Assembly (NCBI GenBank): GCA_002633005.1
Contig: NMRA01000381.1
Coordinates: 245,057-309,056 of the forward strand
Reading direction: 5' to 3'
Length of the DNA stretch: 64,000 nucleotides
Source: Phoronis australis
Taxonomy: Eukaryota; Animalia; Phoronida
The translations under genes and the position numbers were made by a program. Shown one piece after another: positions 1 through 11,764 of this stretch. Numbering within the stretch: position 1 is the first letter of the stretch; each line of letters begins with the position of its first letter. The notes below the pieces were generated by a model, which saw only the letters and a program-made list of their open reading frames with translations, searched no databases and had not been told where the DNA came from.

Positions 1-399
1 TTTGTGAAATTAAGAAACTTAACTTTGGCATCTGAATTATCACTTGGTGAAGTGCAAGAACCATTGTGCAGTTGCCCTATTTGGAACTTTGTTGTGATTT
101 GCAATGATTAGTATCAAACTGTTTATCTTTTAAGGCCTTCTCACTCTAAACTCATTCTCAGAACATCCAATCCCAACCAAACTTTTTGATGAAATGGGCA
201 GACAGAGTCGGAAACAGTCTACTTTGGCCAAAAAACATACATAAAACACGACATCATACACATGGCTCATACTCACATTAACAATGTGTGATTGGTTCCT
301 AGTTTCAAGATCATTTTATTAGAACTGCCTTTGTGTGTCACAGTCATTTACATTGCCAAATTAGGGCTTTGAGGTTGATGTAAACTTGTTGCTTTGTAG

Positions 400-535
400 A
401 TGCTGAAAAACAACAAGCTATCAATGTATTTCTTGGTGTGTTCCAACCAAGTAAACAGAACTTCAACTTGTGGAATCTATCAACCGATTATTACCTTCAT
501 ATTGACTCAGAACCACTTCTGGACAGAAAGAGAAA
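400..535 (+). CDS. FIG4: FIG4 coding exon
   Basis: tttgtag| acceptor, |gtaggt donor; AEKQQAINVFLGVFQPSKQNFNLWNLSTDYYLH. Confidence 0.92.
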
Positions 536-3500
536 GTAGGTGACGTGTTACTGAATATACAGATTGAAGTAGGTGACGTGTTACTGAATATACAGGAGTA
601 GGTGACGTGTTACTGTGTATGTTATGTTGGAATCTGCTGGCAAGTATCTTCAGATTGATTTGACTCTGCTTTTGAACATAATTATCATTAGTCTATAGAC
701 AGTTCTTAAAAAGATCTTATTAATATTCATGAGGAATAAGGATGTGGGGTTAAGCATGGCAAGGCAGTGACTGCAGTGTTTCCATTTTTACAGGTGATCT
801 GTCACTGTATTTGATTTAACGTTTGTTTTTATGAACAGTCCATCGAAAAGGAATTCAGTGGCTGCTTGTATGAACATTTGGACAAAAAACCCAAATATAA
901 TACAGTAAAGTTCATAATATTATATGGCAGAAGAAATGAGCAACGTATCAGCAAAGACAGCCATAGTCTTGCGAATGCAGTCTTGAGCTCCGGTATTTTG
1001 TGGTCTCATTTTTAACGGCTAATGGAACTAATGAAAGTTTTTAATAACGTTGATGACGTATTGGGATGCATATGAACATTTACAAAGAATAATAAATGTC
1101 GAGTTACAGTACCTGTTCTGTGTTTGTAATTGCCATAGATAAAAGTACTACTATTTCCTTCATTACCGTCACACTCCAGAACTGTGATATTCCTAAATAT
1201 ATGAAAGAAGCTAGTGGCGGAATAGAAATTGTGTAAGTGCCTGGTAATGTTGCTACCCTTATTTGTCCAGGTACTCTCAGTGGTGGGATGTTCCTGTCGC
1301 CCGTTGTCTTCCCTTGCCCTGTGAGACAGAAAGCAAAGGAACAGCGAATGATGGTCACGTTGTTGAGAAATACAGTCAGTCCGATGAACGAGTGGATGTC
1401 TTCTGGGATTATTACAAGCCGTTTGAGTTGACGTCGTTTGATGAACTTTATGTCCACCATATGCCTAAGTCTGTCAGGTAGAACATACTAGTCTCGTCTT
1501 CATTTTTCCTGTCGTAATATAAGGCTGGCTGGATGTTTTAAATGTAAACTTTTTAAAGATTGTTATATCAGTCCCATTTTTAATCAACTTCACAAATCTT
1601 CAATTTTATGGCCGATATGTCTGTTGTTTGTTGGATACTCAACATTCTGAGACATGATTCCCTCAGCCACAGACCATAATATAATTGCCAGCATAATGAA
1701 TGGTTAGTTGTATACTTTCCAATCGTCCTTTCATTCTGTGTTCTATATTTTCGCTATGCTGCAAAGAGGCTACTTCATTTATCATTTTGCAAAACTGCAT
1801 TTGTTGCTAAAAGTATTTCTGGGACTATTTTTACAGCCCAAAACATATAAGGTAACAAAAATGTGTTCAAGGAAGGCTTTAAAAAGAAATCTATGTTGAA
1901 AGATGATACATGTGCAAATTATTTAAACTAAAAGGTCTGAAATTGACCCGAGGCGATTTGCCACACAACTGAAATCAGTTGAAGTCATCACAAACAACTC
2001 GGATATTTGGCACAAAAATAATGTGTTTAAAGAAATGCTATACCATATGTACCAATGAAAAATAAACATAAATTCTATGTTTTTGAAAAAAAATCATCAA
2101 AGGCTTACAATAACCTTAAAACTGAATGGTACTACTTAACAGAGACTGAAACTGACCAATGTAGCACTGGGTTGTGTGGAAAATACTTTGTTTTTAAGGA
2201 TGGAATTTTAGTCAAAAAAAGTTGCTGAATATTTACATGACGAATCATGATTTTAAGAATTATGGTCATGTGACCATAAGCAAAGCTCACCAAAATGTTG
2301 TTTTATATGCAGGAATTTTAAGCCTAAAATTTACCATAATGGTGTTTTACATGTTATGATGTAATTTTGTTACCACCGTACCAAAAGTCTCTAAAATGTT
2401 GATTTATATGTAGTATGTTTGTTCCTGAAGGTTACGAGAACATGTTGTAGTGGAGTCCCATACCTAAATGTAGCCATTTCATTCCCCAAATTCTTCCAAG
2501 ATAGTGATTAATGAAAGAGTTTCGTGCCTAAACGTCACCAGAGTGTTGAATTATATGCAAGAATTTTGTGCCTAAAGGTCACTATCATATTGATTTGTAC
2601 ACAGGAATTTCATACGTGAAGGTCACCAGAATCTTGATTTTTATCGTGCAGGAGTTTTGTGCCTAAAATTCACTACAATGTTAATTTGTACCCAGGAATT
2701 TTATGCCTAAAGGACACCAGAATGTGAGTCCTTTTGCTGACAGGCTACAATGGAGGAGGAAAACTGGGGAAACTGGGTAAGGTGCATTATGAGCTGTGTT
2801 TGTAAGTGATGTGTGATTTATGGTCCGCTAATGCTCGTTTCAGGGAGTTGTATATGTCTGCCATGTGTATTGTAATGGACCGTTTTTGGGATTTGATGAT
2901 GTTACTCTGAAACAACATAAGTTGTACATTATCCACTTTGTGATGTAGGTTTATTTACATCTTAAGAACTTTTTGAATACTGTTTTCCAATTCAAAATAT
3001 CAGTCTCAGATGAGCCATACCTTTGTCTTTGTTGATGTCCATTCAATAATTTTTGATTTTCATAAAGTCAATAGGGACTAGCCAACATGGATTTTACATT
3101 TTGATTTGCATGTTAAAACATTCCAACAAGGATAGTCGTTTTTGCCTCTGGATCAGGAACTAATTGTTGACAATGTTACATGAGATTATTTTTGCGGAAA
3201 AATGTCACACCTGGGAATCTGTTGATGGAAATTTATAGCCTTCTGGAAGGGTTGGACTCATATAAGGTAAAAACACATTTTGGCATCTGTAGCCTTCTGG
3301 AGGGGTTGGACTTGTATAAGATAAAGACACATCTGGGCATCTATAGATTGGAAGCTATAGCCAGCTGGGCAGGGTTGTATAAAACTTCAAAACTTATCCA
3401 CTGGTTATTTTTGATTTTTGCATGACATCAACTAAGATGCCAGTGTTGTTATCCAGCACACAACCTTTATACAACCAAGCAAACACTAGCTTTATTACTC

Positions 3501-6500
3501 ATTCTGTGCTTATTGACTCAAAGCTGGTTTGATTAAATTATAATTTATTTTTCACCACTAGATCTGATACAAACTGAAAATTTCTATGTAAAAAGGTCAA
3601 GGTCATCAGTTTTCTAGTTAATTTGAGCTCAGTGAAATTATTCCTTTTTATCGTAGAAATGTATACTAATTACTGTTTCAAATACAATCATTTTTTGAAA
3701 AAAGTACGCCTCTAATCAACTTAAACCAGCCTTAAATACTCTCCATTTGGTTTTATTTCTTTAGTTTCTATACCTTCAATACTCCACAGTTTGGTTCCCT
3801 GAGGTAACTGGTCTCACACTAATTGACTCATATGCAGCAGTACCTGGTCTGCCATGCATGCGTGTCTATATTAATCACATCTCCATGTCTGTATGTTGGA
3901 TGTGTACTCTTTATCTTCAACCATTATTGACACTGGCTACACTTGATTGAAGACTGGCTTTCTCATCAAGCAAAGAGATCTGATTGGTTCCCTAGCTGTA
4001 ATGACTTCTGATTCACGAACCAATCAAATGTTTTTGATGGCTGACACAGCTGACACACACGTTGGATCATTAGTTCATCAAGTGCAGCCTCATTATCATT
4101 CTGGTATTTGGGACCCTGGCTTTTGGTTGGCATTAAGTGGCTTTTATAGTTTTGTCCTTAGTTCAGTATTACTTAGACACATAGCCAAGTTCTACTCATG
4201 TACTGAAGACAGCATTCTTAATGACTAGTTTATCCCCAAAAGCCCCCTTGTCTGTGGCATCAATCAGAGAAGCTGCAAAAGGTCTGCTCACTAAACAGAT
4301 ATCAGGTTTTATGGTCTGGTATTTCTTGTGTGCAGATTTGCTAATGTCCATTTGAAGTTGGATACATGTTGCTACTACAAAAATATTTCACAACTGCAAA
4401 AAGAACACACTTGGTGTTACAAGTTTAGTGAGATTGTTTTTTTTTCAGTAGTGCAGTATATCTATTGGCAGATCTTGTTAAATATGAGCCGTTGCTCTCA
4501 AAATGTCAAATCCGCTGCTTCTAAAATGGTTGTATACTAGTTGACAGCTAATCTCTGGAAAAATTCAATAGACAAAAATTACTGTAATGCAGTATTGATA
4601 TTGTTGTGGGGTATAGATTGCACTGCTGGTCAGTACAAAGACAAATTGGTGAAGTTGTGGTGACTGTTAGGTGTGCTTGTAGGAATCATTGCTGATGTGA
4701 TCGACAGCTGGTAATATTGATGCTGCTTCCTTGTGTGTCTGTGTGTCTATGGGCACCAAGGGCCAATAACTATGGTAAAATGTCACCAGTTTAGGACACA
4801 TTATGATGGACAAGAGAAATTCCATATACCGGTAGTTCACATTTTTTTCATAAAAGATATGTACTAGGCAGCTCCAAATTAATATTTTCCGATATTCAAG
4901 TTCCAAAACAAAACTACTGTCAGACAACATTTTGAAAAATCTGGATTCCAACAGTCACAGCAATATTAAAACCCCTTTGAATACAGAAAAAGAACAATTT
5001 TACCTATATTTTTTCCAAAATGGTGAGATTTTACCATACGCAGTGGAAAGGGTAGAAGGAACTGGTTGGACATTTTTTGAGCAACGAAACGAGTTTAAAT
5101 TTAATATTCTTATATTTGACAAGATCTGAGATATGTCTGTAAGAAAACCAGTTGCCAAAGTATGCAAATGTTATTTGTGTTGTAGATTGGCTTTCTACAG
5201 TACTAGAAATGACAAGTCTATCCCTATCGTTTTAAGCATGAGGTTTGTTGTTAAGTCCTCAAGTGGGCCAATGTTTAACACCAACACTAATCTATGATCC
5301 TTTTTGTGCACGCTGTTCCTCTATGCTTACATAATCTGATCCAAACTTTAGTCTTGCATCTGTTGAAACCACTGAAAGGCTGTCAAACTCCTTTTTGACA
5401 AAATTTGACAAATTTTTATGTGCTTGTCGATGTTAGCTGAAATGATTACCTGTGTATACATGTTTAAGGATAGACGACCTGTTGTCCTCTCTTTCGTACA
5501 GTCCCACTCTTATTCTTCTAACATGATTACTTTTCAAACATTGGCTACACACCTTGGCACATGTATCCTGCGCCCAAAAGCACATTTCACTGACAAGGAA
5601 AATAAAGGATGGAGGTCAGAACAGGGAGCCTTACTCCCACGAGCTTCTATTCACCGCTGCTCACCGTGACTTATGTGTGTTGTTTGGTAGTATGATAACA
5701 ATTCTTCAGGCTCTGAATTCAGATGCGCTTTTCTGATTCATTCTCCTTCACTGAAGTTGGTAAGGGTAAAGGTAAAAATGATTTGAAATTTATATAAAAC
5801 ATGTGACCCGTCTTGAGCTTGAGGTACCATATCTCAGCTGCCTTTTCTGGATTTTTACAAAATTTATATGTTGGTCGATCTTAAGTGCTTTTACTTCAAG
5901 TTGGCATTCCTGAGGTATTCAGTGTTTTTGTGCGATTGTTCTTTTGTGTTGTCATTTCATGTCGGGCCAAAAAAGCATCGTTGGTCCTGTTCTCTACCAA
6001 GACTCATTTTGAGACCAGTGCTCACCGACTAATGTCTGCCTGCATCAATTTAAGCCAAGGTCTTATGATTTTTGAAAAGTTGCACAAAGGCATGTAAAGT
6101 GAGGATTTGCCTGGTCATGAAAAAAATTACAAATCCCATCATTTTTGCTAGTTTCAGGTGGATTTTCCTTTTTGGAAAAGTGGGCAACTCAAAATAACAC
6201 TGCACCATCAACTCAATTCGCAAAAAAAGAACCAACTTCGCTTTTTTGGCCTTGAATGTACTTATGCTGTCTCTTTAACAATTAACTTGATTTTGCTGAC
6301 GGACAGTCTCTAGTTGTTTTTGTGTCATTGTAATCCTGAGACATCAGTGGCTGGTTGCATGAAACAGTCCCAAATAGGGACTCAACTGTTTCCACTGTGT
6401 TCATGGACTAATGAAAACGCTGATTTTTCTGTTTAATACTATGTTATTCTGCTTAATATTAGGTCATTTTTTTCTTTGATATGCACCAAGAGTAACCTGT

Positions 6501-9500
6501 ACATTGAATTCTCACAGGGACCTTTTATGCAATGCCCCTAATTTAAGGACTAAGACCTCATCTATTTTCTTTGAAATAAGGTCTCAGATTTAGATATTAA
6601 TAGAAAATCTCAGAAGGGCTCATAATTAAAATAAGATGGAAGAAAAGAATAGCACTTGTTAGTAAACAAGGACATTTGCAGATTTAGGGAACTTAGTTGA
6701 GTCCCTATTTGGGTCTGTTTCATGCAACTGGTCACTGTTTCCTCTTACATCTACTAATATGTAGTGCAGAAATTACTGTTGTTTTGTATGAGTTTCAGGT
6801 TCACTGCTGTAATTTGGCTAAAATGAATCAAATTATTTTACACTCAGTGTCTTAATATGACTTTTTGTCAACTTCACTATTCGCATTAGCCTGAAGTCCT
6901 AAAGTCAAATACGACGTTCTTAGTTATTCGAAAGTCAGAGCAAAATATGACATGCTCTATTTCAGAATATGAGTTGTATACCATATGACTTTTTGAGCCC
7001 AAACATTCTAGTCGGAAAATGTGACTGTCTACACACTCCAAATTCCTGTGCAAGTAATTGGAACATGTAGACAAAACTTAACACTGAAAAAATGGGTCTG
7101 TGAACAGAGATAATGCTTGTTTGAATCCTAACCAAACTGGCGTTTTCTTATTTTTGCTGTTTTGCTGTGCTATTTTTTCATTTTCACCTGTTTCGTCAAA
7201 TGCTGCTCCGTTTAGTGCTTTTGTTTAATCATACCAAATGAACTTGAGAACCTTAAAAGTCTCCAATTTGGAACAATCTCAACAATTTGGGACACCGATA
7301 CTCCAGCAGAAGATTGAGTCATGGACAACTTTGGCATATGGTGTGTGTATTGTTGTTGAATGAAAAACGGTGCTATGCTTGCTGAATCGAAACACTCTTG
7401 TAACTAAACAATATTTATTGAATTACACAAAAGCTTTTTTACTCATTATGTGCAGACTAGTTCAATGTGTGACTCAAAATTAACAAATATCCCACAGTCT
7501 AACTAAATTGACATAGTGAAATATGTAATTGAAAGAATCTTTACTGCACTTGTGCTGAAAACTTGTACTTCTACGGAGGAGGCGAGTTAAACTTAGTTTT
7601 CAGAAATTATTATGTGGAGTGCAAGACAAAATTTCTGTCATGAGTGTTAAGTCACTTTATGAAATGAACGCCATGTTGCCAAGTGTTGCATGCTTTTGCT
7701 AATACATAATTGGTAAAGGTTGTTTTACAGACACCCACATATGATACGAATTTTCTATTCTCTGGGCATCTGGTTTTTGCACTGGATGTATTTAGATGAA
7801 ATTAGAAATTATTTAATTTTAGATGCTGCCAAATAAGTAGTCTCCTGTGAGAATTGTTCACTCCTTGTATCTTTCCAATTTGGGTGCAATATTAAATAGT
7901 TTAAAATAGCCCTGATGTGAGTCGGTTGTTTTCTGCATTATCCTGGTGATTTTCCCCAAAGCCAAAACTATAGCCTTGAATGCAAAGTATACTTACTTGA
8001 GTAGCCAGCTTCATTCAAACTTTGCCATTTCATCATTTGTTGTTTTGCTGCTTTGTTTTGTTTCATTATTAGTACACAAAGACATATTAATCAATTTTAG
8101 GCTTCCATCTTCATCTTTAGTGTCATTGTAGTGACCTGATGAACCCAAATGTATCTGGAAAATCTACCTCCTCCCAACCCAAGGAGGATGACAGTGGTTC
8201 CAGCTCAGACTCTGATACGGATATTGAGTATGATTTCTGTCGAACTGATACATCCGATAGTGAAACAGAGGAAGCCAAGCCCCCATCGTTTACCATGTCT
8301 GTATGTATCACTTTGTTTAACTTTCTGACAGGACCATAAGTCTGCTGTATTAAGATCTAACATAAATATGCCTTATATTTGACTTCTGACTCGAAGCGTT
8401 ACAATCTCCTTGAGATTGTTGTGAGACTAGATGAATTGATGTTTCTTATTTGTCAGCCATTTCTTCATGATATTCATTCACGCTGTAAAAGTCTGTGAGC
8501 AACTCCTTGTTTTCATGACTGTAATACTTATGTAGTTTACGAAACTTGTTAATTTTGTCTTTACTAACTTTGAAAATGTGCCATGTTTTGTAGTTTCATT
8601 TTGTCTGTAGTGAAAATTACTTTTTACTTCCATACGGTGTTTATCTGAGACATTGAAATACAAGCTGAAATAGGATTTTCTAATTAAGATTGAGATTTGG
8701 GATACAGGCAATTTCTCTTCCATCACTATGTTCAAATTTTTGTAACTTAAGGCAAATAGGACATTTTATCAGAGAGCAGGTCAGATACTTAAAACGGACA
8801 TTCGCAGAAGCGTCTTAGCTGCCATATTGCAAATAATTAACGTTATGCAGATGTTAATATTTTGCCTAATCACATGCAATCACTATGCATTACAAGAGAA
8901 ATTAACAAATAGGTTTTCTTCAAAATCGAAGCTAGCTAAGCCAAGAACATTAATTTGTGAAGTAATTAAGATGGCTTAGTCACATTCTGGCTCAGACTCA
9001 CTTAGGTGTTGGGGTAACAAAACCCCAAATGTTAGCGTACGAGTTGTCTTATGTCTGCTGTCGGATTTGAGGTTGGACAATAAGAAAGATCAGACAACTG
9101 ACAAGCTTTCACATGTGAATTTTTCCAGACTCTTGATAAGACTTCCGATCTGTCTTCGTACAGCATATACCTGAATCCATATTTTTGTGAATGGTAATCC
9201 TCATGTATAGATAATTTATTCTGAGTACAAGTTCACAGTATCAGTAGTTTAGTGAATACATGCTGCTTTCAGGATGTCTTTCCTTCTACAAGTCAAGTGT
9301 ACGGAGTTGAAGTCAAAGCCCCAAAGAAGACTGATACTATTACTTACAAGACTTTTGCAAAGATTGGCTGGAATGCTGGTCATTTAGATCTGGGAGAACC
9401 AGATGAGAAAAGAGTGCACAAAGAAACCAATCTGTAAGTGGTGTGAGACACCTTGGCCTTTTATTGACCTTACTGCTGACTATGTTTTGGCCATGTTATG

Positions 9501-10725
9501 GTTGAATATTTTTTATGATAGAAGTAGTAATTCCTCGTGTACCTCATGGATATTCCCTTGTCTTTTTCCCACACTCAGCTTCCTCCGATCTAGTTGCAAG
9601 TACATCTATTCTTGAGATCAGTGTTCTTTGCTCATAATTGTGATAATTTTGGCATATGTAAAAAATACAGGCTGTGAAACTGAAAAAAGAATTATCTCAG
9701 TTCTTGGCCATATGATCAGTAATAAATTGAATAGCAAAAGTAAAATACTGTGCTTTACATCAAAGTTTTGATATTACTCATGATCTGAGGCATACAGTCA
9801 GTACACAGATCCAATAGATATGTATAGAGGTAAGAAAAACAATCCATTGCTTCACCTCACATTGCTTAATACAGTACTGAAACTCCAACCTCTGCCACAG
9901 CTCTAGTTTGTATACCCCAGTGTTCCTGTCTATAGTGTCCTTGCTGCATAATAGTGCTCAATGAGGAGCACCTCAGGTATTAACAACCTAATGCAGTTAT
10001 TGTCCTGCTCAAGGATTTTCACACCTGTGAAGGCACCTGTATTTAATAACAGTGAAACTATTTTTGACCACGATGTGTTGAGGGCAAATTAGGATACTCA
10101 CCTTCTTGAAAAAGATAATGTTTATTTGAGAAGTAGCAGTTTTTATTATAAAATTGTCTTAGGAAGATAGTATGAAGCAATCACTTATTAGTTGACTGAA
10201 AACGCTGGACTTTAGGCTCCAAAAACAAGAATGTAAAAACTACAAGAAAACAGTGTGGGAATTCTGTTGAAATTGTGACAAGAAGATCATTTTTGAAAAG
10301 TTTATTACAAAACCCCAAGTTGAAGTCGTGCATAATCCAAAAACAACATCTTTTCAAATCTCTGGTAAATCCACGCTGTTGTGACCAACACGTCAAATAT
10401 GCACTGACTATTTGTATCCTCCCTCCTTTGTGCTGTAATGGTTGCTTAGTATTGCACCATTTCATTCCTTTGTTACTTACAAAACTGTATTTTCAAGATT
10501 GTGCACCCACGTAATACAACCTTTGTTAATTCATGTATGCCATCCTTCTGTTGCAGAATTCAGAAGAGTGTGTTTTCTCTGGACAGCTCTGTTAGTGTTG
10601 ATCCACCAAACATTAGTAGAATGTCGAGGGATGTGTACAAACTATACATCAAAATTGGCAAACACGGTCCTCAAGAACCATCCAAAGACATCTATAAGAA
10701 GTATGTTTCTGCACTTCGCCTGTGA
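400..10725 (+). CDS. FIG4: FIG4/SAC3 polyphosphoinositide phosphatase, 3' part. Exons 400-535, 1271-1477, 2696-2776, 8132-8300, 9273-9433, 10557-10725; 5' end outside window
   Basis: Spliced translation (D)AEKQQAINVFLGVFQP..LWNLSTDYYLH..KYSQWWDVPVARCLPLP..DYYKPFELTSFDE..RNFMPKGHQNVSPF..YGVEV..FSLDSSVSVDPPNISR..IYKKYVSALRL* follows the recalled FIG4 C-terminal half (DADRQDSINLFLGVF..LWELPTDFYLH..YTYWW..LPLP..FRPYELSSFD..RDFMPK..PSPF). All junctions are GT-AG and phase-compatible. Confidence 0.93.
535..615 (+). repeat. Three tandem copies (33 and 29 bp spacing) of the FIG4 splice donor region
   Basis: aGTAGGTGACGTGTTACTG with GT at 536, 569 and 598. Confidence 0.9.
1271..1477 (+). CDS. FIG4: FIG4 coding exon
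   Basis: tgtccag| ... |gtagaa; YSQWWDVPVARCLPLP...YYKPFELTSFDELY. Confidence 0.92.
2285..2725 (+). repeat. Degenerate ~44-47 bp tandem array built from the FIG4 acceptor plus exon start
   Basis: Units like (t)gYAG|GAATTTTRTGCCTAAAGGTCACCAGAATGTTGATTT; AG ends at 2312, 2604, 2651, 2695. Confidence 0.8.
2696..2776 (+). CDS. FIG4: FIG4 coding exon
   Basis: tacccag| ... |gtaagg; NFMPKGHQNVSPFADRLQWRRKTGET(G), phase 2 on both sides. Confidence 0.88.
3236..3345 (+). repeat. ~54 bp tandem duplication
   Basis: tagccttctggaRgggttggact...acacatYtgggcatct twice. Confidence 0.75.
6345..6737. mobile_element. MITE (non-autonomous TIR element, unclassified)
   Basis: ~45 bp terminal inverted repeats: cagtggctggttgcatgaaacagtcccaaatagggactcaact / agttgagtccctatttgggtctgtttcatgcaactggtcactg. 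Confidence 0.8.
8132..8300 (+). CDS. FIG4: FIG4 coding exon (Ser/acidic linker)
   Basis: ttgtag| ... |gtatgt; DLMNPNVSGKSTSSQPKEDDSGSSSDSDTD; phases fit both neighbours. Confidence 0.82.
9273..9433 (+). CDS. FIG4: FIG4 coding exon
   Basis: ctttcag| ... |gtaagt; DVFPSTSQVYGVEVKAPKKTDTITYKTFAKIG. Confidence 0.85.
10557..10725 (+). CDS. FIG4: FIG4 last coding exon, TGA stop
   Basis: gttgcag|; IQKSVFSLDSSVSVDPPNISRMSRDVY...IYKKYVSALRL*. Confidence 0.88.
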
Positions 10726-10890
10726 CCAGTCACTGAGATGGGTGAAGAAGGAAGATCATCTGTGACCAAGCATTGGGCTTGGAGGGGGTGACCAAGCACT
10801 GAGACGGGTAAAGAAGGAAGATCATCTGTGACCAAGCATTGGGCTTGGAGGGGGTGACCAAGCACTGAGACGGGTAAAGAAGGAAGGTCA
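10720..10890 (+). repeat. 66 bp tandem repeat (~2.5 copies) starting on the FIG4 stop codon
   Basis: ctgtgaccaagcattgggcttggagggggtgaccaagcactgagacgggtaaagaaggaagatcat repeated. Confidence 0.9.
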
Positions 10891-11725
10891 TTGTAGGATT
10901 GGAGTGGGTAACTACTCCGCATAGTGGCTTAGAATTTTGTGCATTGTTGTAAACCATCTTCATCGGTGTCATTTACACACAATAGGCTTTTTGCTATTGA
11001 CAGGGCCTGGAATTTTCCTTTTTAAGAGTAATTCCTTTTTTATTGGTTTTGATTTCGTATTATTTGATTTCCAGTTTCCTCTTTTTATCATCATTTTGAC
11101 TTTATTCATGCAAAAAAACTTTCTTGCAGTTAAATTTTACAACACAAAAACAGTACATCACCTGAAAAGTTTTTCTCTTTTTTGTCATTCCAAACCCTGA
11201 ATTGACATGCAAGGTCAGTGAAAGTAGTTCTTTGTGAACCTTACTCCATTGGCATGTGTTTTGTAAACACAGCTTAACATTGCGTTTTTGGTCCTCGCTC
11301 AGAAAATAATTACTTTTCCTTATTTGTATTGAATAGCCTGGCTAGCTGGAATGTGTTGACAAGAGAAATAACACAGATCATGTGATGTGTTGTAGAACAT
11401 AGTACCAGTGTATAGTAGGTACAGATCTGTGTCAATGTTTATATCTATTGAGGTTTGCTGTACACAGGTATACAATGTTAACTGATTAAAATGTATGAAT
11501 GAACTAGATAAAAAGAGTAGATGGTCAGTGGCGGTCAGTAAACAGGTAATGGACAGGGAGGAGGAAAAATAGGCTGTGTACATCAGTATGTACCAGCTTC
11601 ACCTTATGTGGCAATAAACATGTTGATAACAACAAGCCTAGAGGGTGTCTTTTATTTTGATGTGGCCTTTGCAATATATTGCTTGTTGCGTCTGATAGTA
11701 TGGCGATTCTAAATTTATTTCCCAT

Positions 11726-11764
11726 ACAGACAGACTGGCAGACAGACAGACAGACAGACAGACA
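11726..11764 (+). repeat. (CAGA)n microsatellite
   Basis: acagacagactggcagacagacagacagacagacagaca. Confidence 0.85.

Noticed and set aside
10692-10972. Minus-strand repetitive ORFs (also 62622-62930)
   Set aside because: They are translations of tandem repeats whose unit length is a multiple of 3.
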